Of a DNA stretch of 64,000 bases, positions 46,393 to 56,145 are shown piece by piece. A program made the translations under genes and the position numbers. Under the pieces are notes generated by a model. The model was not told the DNA's origin. It saw nothing but the letters and a program-made list of their open reading frames with translations, and made no database searches. This DNA is from Clostridia bacterium (GTDB lineage Bacteria; Bacillota; Clostridia; Christensenellales; SZUA-584): NCBI GenBank assembly GCA_018648645.1, contig JABGQS010000003.1, positions 1,791 through 65,790 of the forward strand. Reading direction: 5' to 3'. Within the stretch, counting starts at the first letter, position 1, and the number at the start of each line of letters is the position of its first letter.

Positions 46393-47559
46393 ATGGTAAT
46401 TGTTATGGTCATCGACCAATATGACACCGAGAACGAAGCAGCAGAAAAAAGTAAAGGCGCGGCTATTTGGGCATCGCGCTATGCAGAAGAGCTTCGAGCC
46501 AAAGGACACGAGGTGCGGATTGCCGCAACTGGCGATTCTGCGCCGGGCAAGTACGTTATGAAATCGAAGTTTTACCCGTTCGTTTCAAAAATCGCAGATC
46601 AAAACGGCTTTACGTTTGCGCGGATGGATGAGCCGGTAATCAGACAGGCGTTTGCCGGAGCGGATATTGTTCACTTTTTCATGCCGTTCAAGCTGTCCTA
46701 CACTTCGCTTAAAGTCGCGCAAGAGATGAACATTCCGGTGTTTTCTGCGTTCCATGCTCAGCCGGAAAATGTGACATACAATCTTGGGTTTAAGCATTTC
46801 CCAATCGTGGCAACTTACATTTACGGGCGGTTTAATCGCACGTTTTACAAGCATTTTGACCACATCCACTGCCCGACGGAGTTCATCGCAGACCAGCTGA
46901 AAAAACATAACTATAAAAGCAATCTGCACGTGATATCCAACGGTGTGGCCGAAGGATTCCATTCGATGGAAGTTGAGCGACCGCCTGAACTCAAGGACAA
47001 ATTCATCATTGGCATGGTCGGTCGTCTTGCCGCAGAAAAGCGGCAGGATCTTATCATCCGCGCGGTGGCAATGTCTCCATACAAGGACAAGATTCATTTG
47101 GACCTATGTGGCCAAGGTCCGAAGGAAGAGATGTATAAGAAACTTGCCAAGAAACTAAAGGTCAGCGCAACGTTTGGGTACTACCCAAAAGAAGAGCTAT
47201 TGCAGCACGTCAACATGTTTGACTTGTACGTGCACGCGTCCGAGATTGAAATCGAGGCGATAGCATGCCTCGAAGCGCTTGCCTGCGGTAAAGTGCCCGT
47301 AATTGCAGACTCACCAAACAGCGCAACAAAAAACTTTGCGCTCGACAGCCGCAGCCTTTTTCACAACAAAGATCCGGAAAACCTGCGCAGAAAGATAGAG
47401 TACTGGATGGACAACCCGGACCAAATAGAGCAAATGAGCGGCAAATACGTTGCTGCGGCACAGGCAAATACGCTCAGCAAATCAATTGAGGCAATCGAGA
47501 AGGTATACGAGCAAGTGATTGCTGAGCACAATGCAAAAGGCAAAGAGTCTGTTTCATAG
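46393..47559 (+). CDS. GT4-family glycosyltransferase (glycolipid-synthase-like)
   Basis: GT-B layout. C-terminal E-x7-E region HASEIEIEAIACLEALACGKVPV. Confidence 0.8.
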   Translation: MVIVMVIDQYDTENEAAEKSKGAAIWASRYAEELRAKGHEVRIAATGDSAPGKYVMKSKFYPFVSKIADQNGFTFARMDEPVIRQAFAGADIVHFFMPFKLSYTSLKVAQEMNIPVFSAFHAQPENVTYNLGFKHFPIVATYIYGRFNRTFYKHFDHIHCPTEFIADQLKKHNYKSNLHVISNGVAEGFHSMEVERPPELKDKFIIGMVGRLAAEKRQDLIIRAVAMSPYKDKIHLDLCGQGPKEEMYKKLAKKLKVSATFGYYPKEELLQHVNMFDLYVHASEIEIEAIACLEALACGKVPVIADSPNSATKNFALDSRSLFHNKDPENLRRKIEYWMDNPDQIEQMSGKYVAAAQANTLSKSIEAIEKVYEQVIAEHNAKGKESVS

Positions 47560-47940
47560 GATAAGTTAATAAAAGTTCACAAAATTTAGATCGAGCCTCG
47601 GCCACAACCATCACGGGTATTGCGCCGGGGCTTTGCCTATTCTTAAAATTCGCAAATACAGCAGATTTTCCGTCTATACTGCGCAAAACGGCGAAAAACC
47701 ACCAATTTGTCCGCTTTAATGTTACGAAATTGTTAAAATCTGCTCTCTCAGCTTGCGCTCAAAATTCAAAAAATGGGTTGACTTTTGCGAAAGGTTAATA
47801 TATATTATGCAACTGTGGGCAAAAACAAGGCTGTAAAAAATAACATATTTCCCATATATTACTTGGTGGTGATATCTGTGCTTCTTATTACGAGAAGCGC
47901 TGTGTATATAAATATTTTTAGCAAACAGAAAGGACAAAGT

Positions 47941-48672
47941 TTGAAGAAAAAAACACGAATTATATGGGTACTACTTGGAGGAGCGCTGGCAGTTTCCGGC
48001 GCAATTATAACTCTTGCAGGCACTTCGCAGAGCAAAGAGGAATTGAGCGCACAAGCTTCGCTGCTAAATGCGATAGATATTGAAAGCAGAGAACTTGTGA
48101 GCGGTACATACGGACAAGCCCGCGCTGCTAAGGCGCTGTTGGCAGACGTCCCGGCGGATTTGCCGGCTCCCGAGGCAACACCTATGGTCTTGGCAGACGT
48201 CGCATTAATGACGTTAGACGGAGCTCCGCAGTACAGCCAAGAGGAAATATATCAGTTTATCGATCAAGGCGACTTCTCATTCACCAAGCAGGGAATCCAT
48301 TCGCATAGCGAAGAGGGTATCTATCAGTACAGCGAAGAAGAGAAGTTTTTCATGGCGCGTGTTGTTTATGCCGAAGCTAGAGGAGAGATCTTCGAAGGAC
48401 AGGTAGCGGTCGCAACGGTTATAATCAATCGGTTCGAGAGCGGCGAGTTTGGCAGCTCGGTAAAAAGAGTCGTCTTAGCACGAAGCCAATTTGCGGTATC
48501 GAGTAAATACAATGACCTTGCTATGTCAGCGGTTGAAGCCGCGATAGAACGCAGGGGAGACTATCCTGACAACATGTTTTATTTTCAAGCAAGCACAAGA
48601 AAAACGTGGAGAAACTTCGTGTACTTAGAGCGAATTGGCGGTCACAGCTTCTACTGCGCAGCCGGCAAATAA
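47941..48672 (+). CDS. SleB-like cell wall hydrolase (Hydrolase_2 domain), paralogue 1, TTG start
   Basis: Track ORF 47785-48672, trimmed to TTG 47941 (LKKKTRIIWVLLGGALAVSGAIITLAG signal/anchor). Domain ARVVYAEARGEIFEGQVAVATVIINRFESGEFGSSVKRVVLARSQFAV. Confidence 0.8.
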   Translation: MKKKTRIIWVLLGGALAVSGAIITLAGTSQSKEELSAQASLLNAIDIESRELVSGTYGQARAAKALLADVPADLPAPEATPMVLADVALMTLDGAPQYSQEEIYQFIDQGDFSFTKQGIHSHSEEGIYQYSEEEKFFMARVVYAEARGEIFEGQVAVATVIINRFESGEFGSSVKRVVLARSQFAVSSKYNDLAMSAVEAAIERRGDYPDNMFYFQASTRKTWRNFVYLERIGGHSFYCAAGK

Positions 48673-48729
48673 AAAGCAGCATTGCATAAAAAGCTAAAAC
48701 TTTACAAATAGAATATTTATCATTATAAT

Positions 48730-48776
48730 AAAACCCCAACGTATGAAGTATAAACTTCAACTGCGTCGGGGTTTTA
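48730..48776 (+). terminator. rho-independent terminator
   Basis: Stem aaaaccccaacg / cgtcggggtttt with one mismatch and inner stem gaagt / acttc. T-run within the right arm and after it. Confidence 0.7.
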
Positions 48777-48907
48777 TAGTATATGCCGCTGCCAACAGCT
48801 CTCGGTTTCAAATCGGCTGTCGGGTGGTATAAATGCAACACAACACGCGGTTTAAAGTAGTACCGCTGTGCAATGAATCTATTTTGCACGATTGGAGCTG
48901 ATAGCGC

Positions 48908-49609
48908 TTGAAAAAACTAATACGAAATGTATCGGCTGTACTGGCGGGTGTGCTGGTATTTTTTGGCGCTTCAGTTATCGCGGCAAACTTACCTCCCCGA
49001 GCGATCGCCTCGAGTGAAAGCGCACAGCTCAACATACTGGCGCCAACCAAAAGAATCGTCCGAAGCAGCGAAGCTGACACCCTGGGACTCTCTCGCAGCA
49101 CTTTGCCTGTGCTGCATCAATCGGATTCGGCGAACCCGAGTAAGCCCATAACACTCGCAGAAGTCCCGCCTATTGCGCTGCAGAACATATATCAGCATAT
49201 AGAAGAAGGCACGTATGAGTCAGCTGATGCGGCCATAATGCTAACTCAAAGAGCACCCGTGCAAAAGTATAGTGAGAGAGACAAGATTCTGATCGCCAGA
49301 GTAGTCTACTCCGAAGCAAGGGGCGAGTTATTTGAAGGTCAGGTTGCTGTGGCGACAGTCGTGATCAACAGATTTGAGAGCGGTCTGTTTGGAAGCTCGA
49401 TTGCAAAGGTTGTATTTGCTTCCGGACAATTCGCAATTACAGAAAAGTATAACTCAAAGATGCTTCTGGCAGTCGAAGCCGCGATCGAGCGTATGGGCGA
49501 CTATCCCGACAACATGTTTTTCTTCCAGGCGAGCAAGAGCCGAACTTGGCGAAACTTTGTCTACTACAAGCGCATCGGCAATCACAGTTTTTACTGCGCG
49601 GCAAAATAA
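48908..49609 (+). CDS. SleB-like cell wall hydrolase (Hydrolase_2 domain), paralogue 2, TTG start
   Basis: ARVVYSEARGELFEGQVAVATVVINRFESGLFGSSIAKVVFASGQFAI. The C-terminal ...GDYPDNMFFFQAS...WRNFVY..RIG.HSFYCAA is shared with paralogue 1. Confidence 0.85.
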   Translation: MKKLIRNVSAVLAGVLVFFGASVIAANLPPRAIASSESAQLNILAPTKRIVRSSEADTLGLSRSTLPVLHQSDSANPSKPITLAEVPPIALQNIYQHIEEGTYESADAAIMLTQRAPVQKYSERDKILIARVVYSEARGELFEGQVAVATVVINRFESGLFGSSIAKVVFASGQFAITEKYNSKMLLAVEAAIERMGDYPDNMFFFQASKSRTWRNFVYYKRIGNHSFYCAAK

Positions 49610-49634
49610 TCCACAATAAGTTTTGCAATAAAAA

Positions 49635-49671
49635 ATAAGTCCCCAATCAAATAATGATTGAGGGCTTATTA
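49635..49671. terminator. hairpin terminator between convergent genes (better T-tract on the minus strand)
   Basis: 16-bp stem aataagtccccaatca / tgattgagggcttatt with one wobble and one mismatch, loop aataa. A-run on the left. Confidence 0.65.
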
Positions 49672-49686
49672 CTTTACTTCAAAGTC

Positions 49687-50589
49687 CTATCCACGGCTTA
49701 TCTTCTCAAACAAATCGGCAAATATCGCGTCTCTGTTAACGCCATACGCATACTTGAGACTGTGCCTCGTTTCGTCAAAATCCCAAGTCAAGTTGCTGCT
49801 TACCCTCGGGCTGCTCATAACGCGGGTATATATCCAGTCCGGATTCACTAAATACGCAACCGCCGCAACATCCCAAATCACTTTGGAGTGTGCAACTTTG
49901 TCGCCCTCATAATCGCGCACCAACTGCGTCAAATACGCGCCGATGGGCGAGTTTTTCTCAATGAACTTGCTTAGCTCTGCGACAGTTGTGGACAGATGCG
50001 AAACCACGCCTCTGCACGGCAGCAACACCAAAGGAACGCGACTGTCAAAAACGACATTAGCCGCCAAAACGTCCTGCTTCAAGTTAAACTCAGCGGTATC
50101 CGGCCAACCAAACGCGTGCCCGCCCAGCCATACAACCACGATTTTCTTGAGGATTTGTGGTTCTATCAGTATCGCGGAGGCAACATTCGTAAGCGCGCCA
50201 ATCGCCACGACGTACAAAACGTCATCGGCAGACATCGCTTTTTCAATCAAGTCATAAGTTGCATCGTTTTCGCAAGGCGTGCTGACGCTGCGCAAATACC
50301 GTCTGCTGCCCTTTTTTACAAACCCGCTCGGCGCCTGATACTTCATTTTACTTAGAACCCTCAGTATCTCTTCATAACTCTTTTCCATTCCATCGCCGGG
50401 GCTTTTTGACTTCGCATTAAAAAACGGCACAGCATATATGGACTTCACGTTCAGTCGCTCTATAGACCTTAACGCATAAACCAAAGCAAACTGGTCGTCC
50501 ACCTCATTATACGTGTCGGTATCAAGCACTATATCGACCTTCTTCAGATTTAGCTCCGGCTCGACAACTTCTTTTTGGTTCGGCAGCAT
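49687..50589 (-). CDS. nucleoside hydrolase (IUNH family)
   Basis: N-terminal aspartate cluster DIVLDTDTYNEVDDQFAL (DxDxxxDD). Confidence 0.85.
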   Translation of the reverse strand: MLPNQKEVVEPELNLKKVDIVLDTDTYNEVDDQFALVYALRSIERLNVKSIYAVPFFNAKSKSPGDGMEKSYEEILRVLSKMKYQAPSGFVKKGSRRYLRSVSTPCENDATYDLIEKAMSADDVLYVVAIGALTNVASAILIEPQILKKIVVVWLGGHAFGWPDTAEFNLKQDVLAANVVFDSRVPLVLLPCRGVVSHLSTTVAELSKFIEKNSPIGAYLTQLVRDYEGDKVAHSKVIWDVAAVAYLVNPDWIYTRVMSSPRVSSNLTWDFDETRHSLKYAYGVNRDAIFADLFEKISRG

Positions 50590-50625
50590 TTTTGACCCTC
50601 CATAATGTCGTGAAATAAATGTTAT

Positions 50626-51792
50626 CTAAAGCAGGTTCTTTGAAACCTCGATGTTGGTAATATCTTTGGTGTTTCGTATGCGCATCATAGTGATACTTTC
50701 CGCTCGGCTTTGGTTACAAGTAAACAGCGCTGCTTTAATCGCAAGCTCGTCCGTGTCCATAACCGGCGGAATCTTCGCGCTATTTGGCTCTGTCGAAGTC
50801 AGCACGTTCAAATAAGTCGATGCATAATCTATTTTATCGAATAACCGCTTTGTTGTGAAATCAGCCAGTCCGACACCGTTCGCGTTGCCGCCAGACTTCT
50901 CACTCAAATCAAGCACCACAATTTTGTTTATGTCAGGTCCGCCAAACGCCGCCCGCGTATGATAACGCCCGATGATATTCGTATCCATTCCCGTGCCGCT
51001 GATATCCTTGCCGATCTCGTCCACAATCAGCACGTCCAACTTATCGAAAGGTAGCTTTGGCATCAGCGCCCACGCTTTTTTTAGCAGCTCGGGCTCTGCA
51101 TGCATAATATCGCTTTTCCTCACAACGTCGATGCTCGCAACTTCGCCGTACGCATTCTCGACCGTCGCAACTGCACATACAACGTTGACCTTTTCAAATA
51201 TCGTGTTTGCTGCCACAGCGATATTTTCCGCCATTTTCATATATCCCGCCGCGTGCGTTGTGCGCGCTCCCTTTGCGCCACCCATGCCAATCGCAGCCAT
51301 TTTGACTATACCGCTCTCATACTCGCCCCTAAACGACGTGTGCGGTTTAACTCTGTTCAATATAATAACACCATCCGCGTCAAGAAACGCTTTACTAATA
51401 TAGACGGGTTTTCCGTGCTTGCTCTCGCCAAGCTTTACTTCTTCGCCAAAGGGCACAATCTCACCTAAAGTATCCGTGATACCCAGCTTGCCAAGAACCG
51501 CCTTCTGCCCGTCAAACGTTCCGCCGCCGTGGCTGCCCATCGCAGGCACCAAAACAGCGCTTGCGCCTTTGCTACGCACAAACTCAGTAATCGCGTCCAC
51601 AATTTCTCGATAGCCAGCAATGCCTCTGCTGCCAACGGTAATCGCAATTGTCTGCCCGGCTTTGATATTTGCTCTCTCTGCAAGCTTCCCACGCAACAAT
51701 TCGTCAAGGTTACCGGCGAGCGGTCGCGCGAAAGATTGAGTAGTCTCAAACAGTTCGGGTATATGCACTTTTCCCAATAAATCGTGAATCAT
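50626..51792 (-). CDS. LarA/DUF2088-like (or DUF362-like) domain protein, tentative
   Basis: 388 aa. Segments IAITVGSRGIAGY, PAMGSHGGGT, LNRVKPHTSFRGEYESGIVKM and VDEIGKDISGTGMDTNIIGR resemble the strand-loop pattern of lactate-racemase-like proteins. This is from memory only. Confidence 0.35.
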   Translation of the reverse strand: MIHDLLGKVHIPELFETTQSFARPLAGNLDELLRGKLAERANIKAGQTIAITVGSRGIAGYREIVDAITEFVRSKGASAVLVPAMGSHGGGTFDGQKAVLGKLGITDTLGEIVPFGEEVKLGESKHGKPVYISKAFLDADGVIILNRVKPHTSFRGEYESGIVKMAAIGMGGAKGARTTHAAGYMKMAENIAVAANTIFEKVNVVCAVATVENAYGEVASIDVVRKSDIMHAEPELLKKAWALMPKLPFDKLDVLIVDEIGKDISGTGMDTNIIGRYHTRAAFGGPDINKIVVLDLSEKSGGNANGVGLADFTTKRLFDKIDYASTYLNVLTSTEPNSAKIPPVMDTDELAIKAALFTCNQSRAESITMMRIRNTKDITNIEVSKNLL

Positions 51793-51971
51793 AATAACGC
51801 TCCATTGTCCACAATAAGCTGATACTACATTATAAACTTCTATTTACAAGAATACAACCGAATACTTTGCAGAGAAAGACACAGGTAATTATCCACACCT
51901 ACTCATCTTATGAATCAATTGGAAACAAATACTGAAGTGTTAGCGCACACAGCAACGCTGAATTCACACCA

Positions 51972-52814
51972 CTACCCGATGGCAACCAACAACTCGCGCA
52001 AAACCTTGCACGCAACAATCGTAGATACGCCGCTTGTGTCACACGGCGGAGAAAGCTCGGTGATATCCGCGCCAACGATGTTGCAGTCGGATAGCTTTAT
52101 AATAGCATCCAGCAGCTCGTCAAAGCTGACACCGCCCGCTTCGGGAGTGCCTGTTCCGGGCAGAGTCGCCGGGTCCAGCACATCAAGATCAATGCTAAGA
52201 TAAACAGGGCTGCCCGATGTTTGATATATTGCAGTCGCAATATCGCTGAAGTCAAACTTGTGCAGAGAGCCATACTTTTTAGCCCACTCAAACTCAGTTC
52301 GCTCGCCCGACCGAATGCCAAACTGAAAAAGTCTTCCGCTGCCCACAACGTCATACACACGCCGCATAACGGTCGCGTGCGACAAGCGCTGCCCAAGATA
52401 CTCATCCCGCAGGTCAGCGTGTGCATCGAGCGTAATTATGTGTAAATCCGGATACTTTTCATACAGAGCACTCACGGCACCCAATGTCACCAAATGCTCG
52501 CCGCCAATCATCACCGGCAGCTTATCGTCCGCGATAATCTCTCGCGTGCACTGCTCGACCGTTTCGACCATCTTTTCCGGGCTTCCGTGTGCAAATGTCA
52601 AATCGCCAAAATCGTAAACGTACAAGTCATCAAGGTCCTTGTCTTGATACGGGCTGAACGTTTCTATTGCGTCATCGCTGCTTGCGCGAATCGCCTCCGG
52701 TGCGCCCGATGCGCCCTCGCGGAAAGAAACGGTGCCGTCATACGGTGCACCAAACAGCACGATGTCCGCGTGCTTATAATCGCTGTCACAGCCAATGAAT
52801 TTCTGATTACTCAT
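51972..52814 (-). CDS. speB: agmatinase
   Basis: Ureohydrolase Mn ligand boxes LDAHADLRDEY, HATVMRR, SIDLDVLDPATLPGTGTPEAGG. Confidence 0.9.
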   Translation of the reverse strand: MSNQKFIGCDSDYKHADIVLFGAPYDGTVSFREGASGAPEAIRASSDDAIETFSPYQDKDLDDLYVYDFGDLTFAHGSPEKMVETVEQCTREIIADDKLPVMIGGEHLVTLGAVSALYEKYPDLHIITLDAHADLRDEYLGQRLSHATVMRRVYDVVGSGRLFQFGIRSGERTEFEWAKKYGSLHKFDFSDIATAIYQTSGSPVYLSIDLDVLDPATLPGTGTPEAGGVSFDELLDAIIKLSDCNIVGADITELSPPCDTSGVSTIVACKVLRELLVAIG

Positions 52815-53664
52815 CGCGCGCCTCCTTTAGCATCTCAAGTACATAGTTCGGGAGTGCAAAGCACCCGACGTGCAAATCGGTGTTATAATACTTCGTCTTC
52901 AGCCCAAGCGCATTCCACGCGTCCGCATCCAAATCAGCTATTGGGTCAATTGACTTGCTTGCAAACCCAAACAGCCAATGCCCTGAAGGATACGTCGGTA
53001 TGTGCGCTTGATACACCTTGCATATTGGGAAAAACTCGTTAATACGCTTGTGCGCGCGCTTCATGTGTGCGGCGTCCTCTTCATAATACGGGCTCTCGTG
53101 CTGGTTGACCAATATCCCGTCCTTTGTCAGCGCGTTATAACAGTTGCCATAAAACTCTTTGGTAAACAGCCCTTCTCCCGGTCCAAACGGGTCGGTGGAG
53201 TCCACGATGATGAGGTCGTACTCATCCTGCTTCGTCCGCACAAACTTCAACCCATCGGCATAGTGTATACTGACGCGCTTATCATCCAGCTTGCCTGCCA
53301 AAAACGGCAGGTACTCTCTGCTCGCGTCTACAACCGCTTTGTCTATCTCGACCATGTCGATGTGCTCAATCGTATCGTACCTAGTCAGTTCGCGCACACT
53401 TCCGCCATCGCCCGCACCAATCAGCAGCACATTTTTGATATCGGGATTCGCCGCAAGCGGCACGTGCACAATCATATCGTGATAAATAAACTCGTCCTTT
53501 TGCGTCACCATCATCAGCCCGTCAATCGCTAGAAAAACACCAAACTCCTCGCTGTCAAAAACGTCGATTCGCTGAAACTCGCTCTGCGTGCTAAAAAGCT
53601 GCTTTTTTACCTTTATCGAAAACTTCGCGGTATCGGTGTGCGGCTCGGTAAACCATAATTCCAT
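52807..53664 (-). CDS. speE: spermidine synthase
   Basis: LIGAGDGGSVRELTRY, MVEIDKAVV, YDLIIVDSTDPFGPGEGLF. Confidence 0.95.
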   Translation of the reverse strand: MELWFTEPHTDTAKFSIKVKKQLFSTQSEFQRIDVFDSEEFGVFLAIDGLMMVTQKDEFIYHDMIVHVPLAANPDIKNVLLIGAGDGGSVRELTRYDTIEHIDMVEIDKAVVDASREYLPFLAGKLDDKRVSIHYADGLKFVRTKQDEYDLIIVDSTDPFGPGEGLFTKEFYGNCYNALTKDGILVNQHESPYYEEDAAHMKRAHKRINEFFPICKVYQAHIPTYPSGHWLFGFASKSIDPIADLDADAWNALGLKTKYYNTDLHVGCFALPNYVLEMLKEARDE

Positions 53665-53668
53665 GAGT

Positions 53669-55162
53669 CTATTCTCCTTCTAGTACGTTTATATGCGTCA
53701 AATCCATATCCTGCGCGCCCGTCAACATCGCGCCCTTGTCCTTCGCATAGTGTATGTATTCGACAATCTCAGCAGTAACCACTTCGCCCGGTGCCACAAC
53801 AGGTATGCCGGGGGGATAGCACGTCACAAACTCTGCGCTGACCCTTCCTACAGCGTCCTCTAAAAGAACTTTTTCCTGCTTGCCGTAAAACGCTTGCTTT
53901 GGAGTAGCCTTCACAATCGGCGAGATATACTCGTGGTCAAACATATCCTGCTTGTGCCCCTTTGCCTGCCGCCCTATCTGCGCCAGAGAAGCAACTAGTC
54001 GCTCTATCGCCAAATGCGTATCGCCAACCGATATTATCGCGAGGAAGTTCGCAACATCGCCAAACTCTATTTGAATCTCGTACTCGTCGCGCAATATGTC
54101 ATAAACTTCGAACCCCGCAAGCCCCAGCGCAAATGTGTTGATGCTAAGCTTAGTGCGGTCAAAGTCATGCACAGCCTCGTGTCCCGCTATTTCGCTGCTA
54201 AACGCGTAATACCCGCCAATCACGTTTATTTCCGCCCGCGCGTATTCGGCGAGTTCCAACACCTTTTCAAACGTTTGCTTGCCATGCAGCGCAAGCTCCC
54301 GTCGCGCAATGTCGAGCGAGCCGAGTAGCAAATACGACGCACTCGTCGTTTGTGTTAAGTTGATGATTGTCCGCATATGGTCAATACTCACGCGCTCGCT
54401 GTTTACCAGCAGCATAGAGCTTTGCGTAAGCGACCCGCCCGTTTTGTGCATGCTGACGGCAGACATATCCGCACCTGCGTGCATTGCGGCAACCGGCAGC
54501 TTCTCGTTAAAATAAAAGTGCGTGCCGTGTGCTTCGTCTGCCAGCACCAGCATACCGTGTTTGTGTGCCGCATCTACGATTCCTTCGATATCCGGGCACA
54601 CACCATAATACGTTGGATTATTCACAAACACTGCCTTCGCGTCAGGATGCTTTTTAATAGCCGCCTGCACATCAAAGAGCGACATCCCAAGCGAGATGCC
54701 AAGCTTCTCGTGTATACCGGGATTCACATATATCGGCACCGCTCCGCAAAGGATAACCGCGTTTATCGCACTCCTGTGCACGTTGCGCGGCATAATTATT
54801 TTGTCGCCCTCGCGCAGACTGCTCATTATCATCGCCTGTACGCACGAAGTTGTGCCATTCACCATAAAAAATGCAGCGTCACAGCCAAACGCATCCGCGG
54901 CAAGCGCTTCGCTCTGCTTGATTACGGATATAGGGTGGCACAGGTTATCAAGCGGTTTGCTGGAGTTCACATCAAGCCCCATTGCTTGCTCGCCAAAAAA
55001 CGCTTTAAGCTGCCGGCTGCCCTTGCCCTGCTTGTGCCCGGGCACATCAAAAGGAACGACACGCCGGCTCTGATACGCTTTCAGAGCGTCGCCAAGCGGC
55101 GCATGCTGCTGTCGTTTTATAAAGTCATTGTCCATCTGCTTATCAATATATGTTCGTTCCAT
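53669..55162 (-). CDS. speA: Orn/Lys/Arg decarboxylase family-1 enzyme (SpeA-type arginine decarboxylase likely)
   Basis: Colinear with Bacillus SpeA ([32 protein letters not shown]-Lys context [13 protein letters not shown]). The start is ambiguous: ATG 55162, ATG 55135, or the track's TTG 55174. Confidence 0.85.
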   Translation of the reverse strand: MERTYIDKQMDNDFIKRQQHAPLGDALKAYQSRRVVPFDVPGHKQGKGSRQLKAFFGEQAMGLDVNSSKPLDNLCHPISVIKQSEALAADAFGCDAAFFMVNGTTSCVQAMIMSSLREGDKIIMPRNVHRSAINAVILCGAVPIYVNPGIHEKLGISLGMSLFDVQAAIKKHPDAKAVFVNNPTYYGVCPDIEGIVDAAHKHGMLVLADEAHGTHFYFNEKLPVAAMHAGADMSAVSMHKTGGSLTQSSMLLVNSERVSIDHMRTIINLTQTTSASYLLLGSLDIARRELALHGKQTFEKVLELAEYARAEINVIGGYYAFSSEIAGHEAVHDFDRTKLSINTFALGLAGFEVYDILRDEYEIQIEFGDVANFLAIISVGDTHLAIERLVASLAQIGRQAKGHKQDMFDHEYISPIVKATPKQAFYGKQEKVLLEDAVGRVSAEFVTCYPPGIPVVAPGEVVTAEIVEYIHYAKDKGAMLTGAQDMDLTHINVLEGE

Positions 55163-55943
55163 AATATATCTCAATCATCTCTTTTTGCAGCTTTTCTTTA
55201 ATCTCTTGCTGACAATCGGGCGAAAGATCGACCGCGTCCGTCTTAAACAAATAATTGTCAAGTTCAATTTCCTTAATCATCATCTTGGTATGAAAAATAT
55301 TTGGTTGATACACGTTCACATCAATCGCATCATACTCCTCCAGCGTCTTTTTGCTGATAAAATCCTGTATAGAGTTGATTTTGTGGTCGATAAAACACTT
55401 TTCACCGTTAACGTCACGCGTAAATCCGCGCACACGATAATCAATCGTCATGATATCCGAATCAAAACTGGATATGAGAAAGTTCAGTGCTTTAAGCGGC
55501 GATATTTTGCCGCACGTCGAAACGTCGATGTCCACGCGAAACGTAGTAACGTTGTGGTCGGGGTGAGATTCGGGGTAAGTGTGCACACTCACATGGCTTT
55601 TATCAAGATGCACAAGCACTTCGTCCGATTCGCCGCAAGCAAGACCGCGGTTACAGCTCGGGTCAATCACATGGTTGGCAATCTCCTCTTCGGTGATGAG
55701 TATCGCGGCGCTTGCGCCCTGCGGTTCATAGTCCTGTTTGGATATGTTGAGCGGATGCGCACCGATTATCTTGGTGACTTCACAAAGCATTTTTGTCAAA
55801 CGGCTGGAGTTGTACTGGTCATCGATGTATTTGACATACTCCTCCTTGTCTTCACCAAGCTCGGCATAACAAATATCGTATATGTTAAAGCTTAATGTTT
55901 TCGTTAAATTATTAAAGCCGTACAGCTTCAGTTTCTGCTCCAT
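55143..55943 (-). CDS. speD: S-adenosylmethionine decarboxylase proenzyme (E. coli SpeD type)
   Basis: [27 protein letters not shown]. Self-cleavage site context [15 protein letters not shown], with Ser116 as the pyruvoyl precursor by analogy to E. coli K111/S112. Confidence 0.9.
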   Translation of the reverse strand: MEQKLKLYGFNNLTKTLSFNIYDICYAELGEDKEEYVKYIDDQYNSSRLTKMLCEVTKIIGAHPLNISKQDYEPQGASAAILITEEEIANHVIDPSCNRGLACGESDEVLVHLDKSHVSVHTYPESHPDHNVTTFRVDIDVSTCGKISPLKALNFLISSFDSDIMTIDYRVRGFTRDVNGEKCFIDHKINSIQDFISKKTLEEYDAIDVNVYQPNIFHTKMMIKEIELDNYLFKTDAVDLSPDCQQEIKEKLQKEMIEIYYGTNIY

Positions 55944-56145
55944 TTTGTGTCACTTCCCTCATGTTTAGATACTAAAATAATATCACATCGCAAGCAAAAA
56001 CACCAACCAAATAACAACGCCAAACACCAAAAGCCGCTGTTGATTGATGTTGGCAAAATCGGTACGCGGTTTCTTGACATAAGCGTCGGGGGTGGTGTAT
56101 TGTTGAACCAAACAATTACAAATCATTTCGAAAGGATTTATTCAT

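Noticed and set aside
47785-47940. Longer start for the first SleB-like gene
   Set aside because: The extra 52 codons are AT-rich promoter or leader sequence (containing TTGACT and TATATT-type boxes). A typical signal/anchor begins at TTG 47941, with GGA-rich sequence upstream.
48673-48907. Possible ydaO (c-di-AMP) riboswitch or tRNA-like element (ggtttcaaatcgg) upstream of the second SleB-like gene
   Set aside because: The conserved ydaO cores could not be found. The T-arm-like string has no complementary stem or cloverleaf context. The dominant structure is simply the terminator of the preceding gene.
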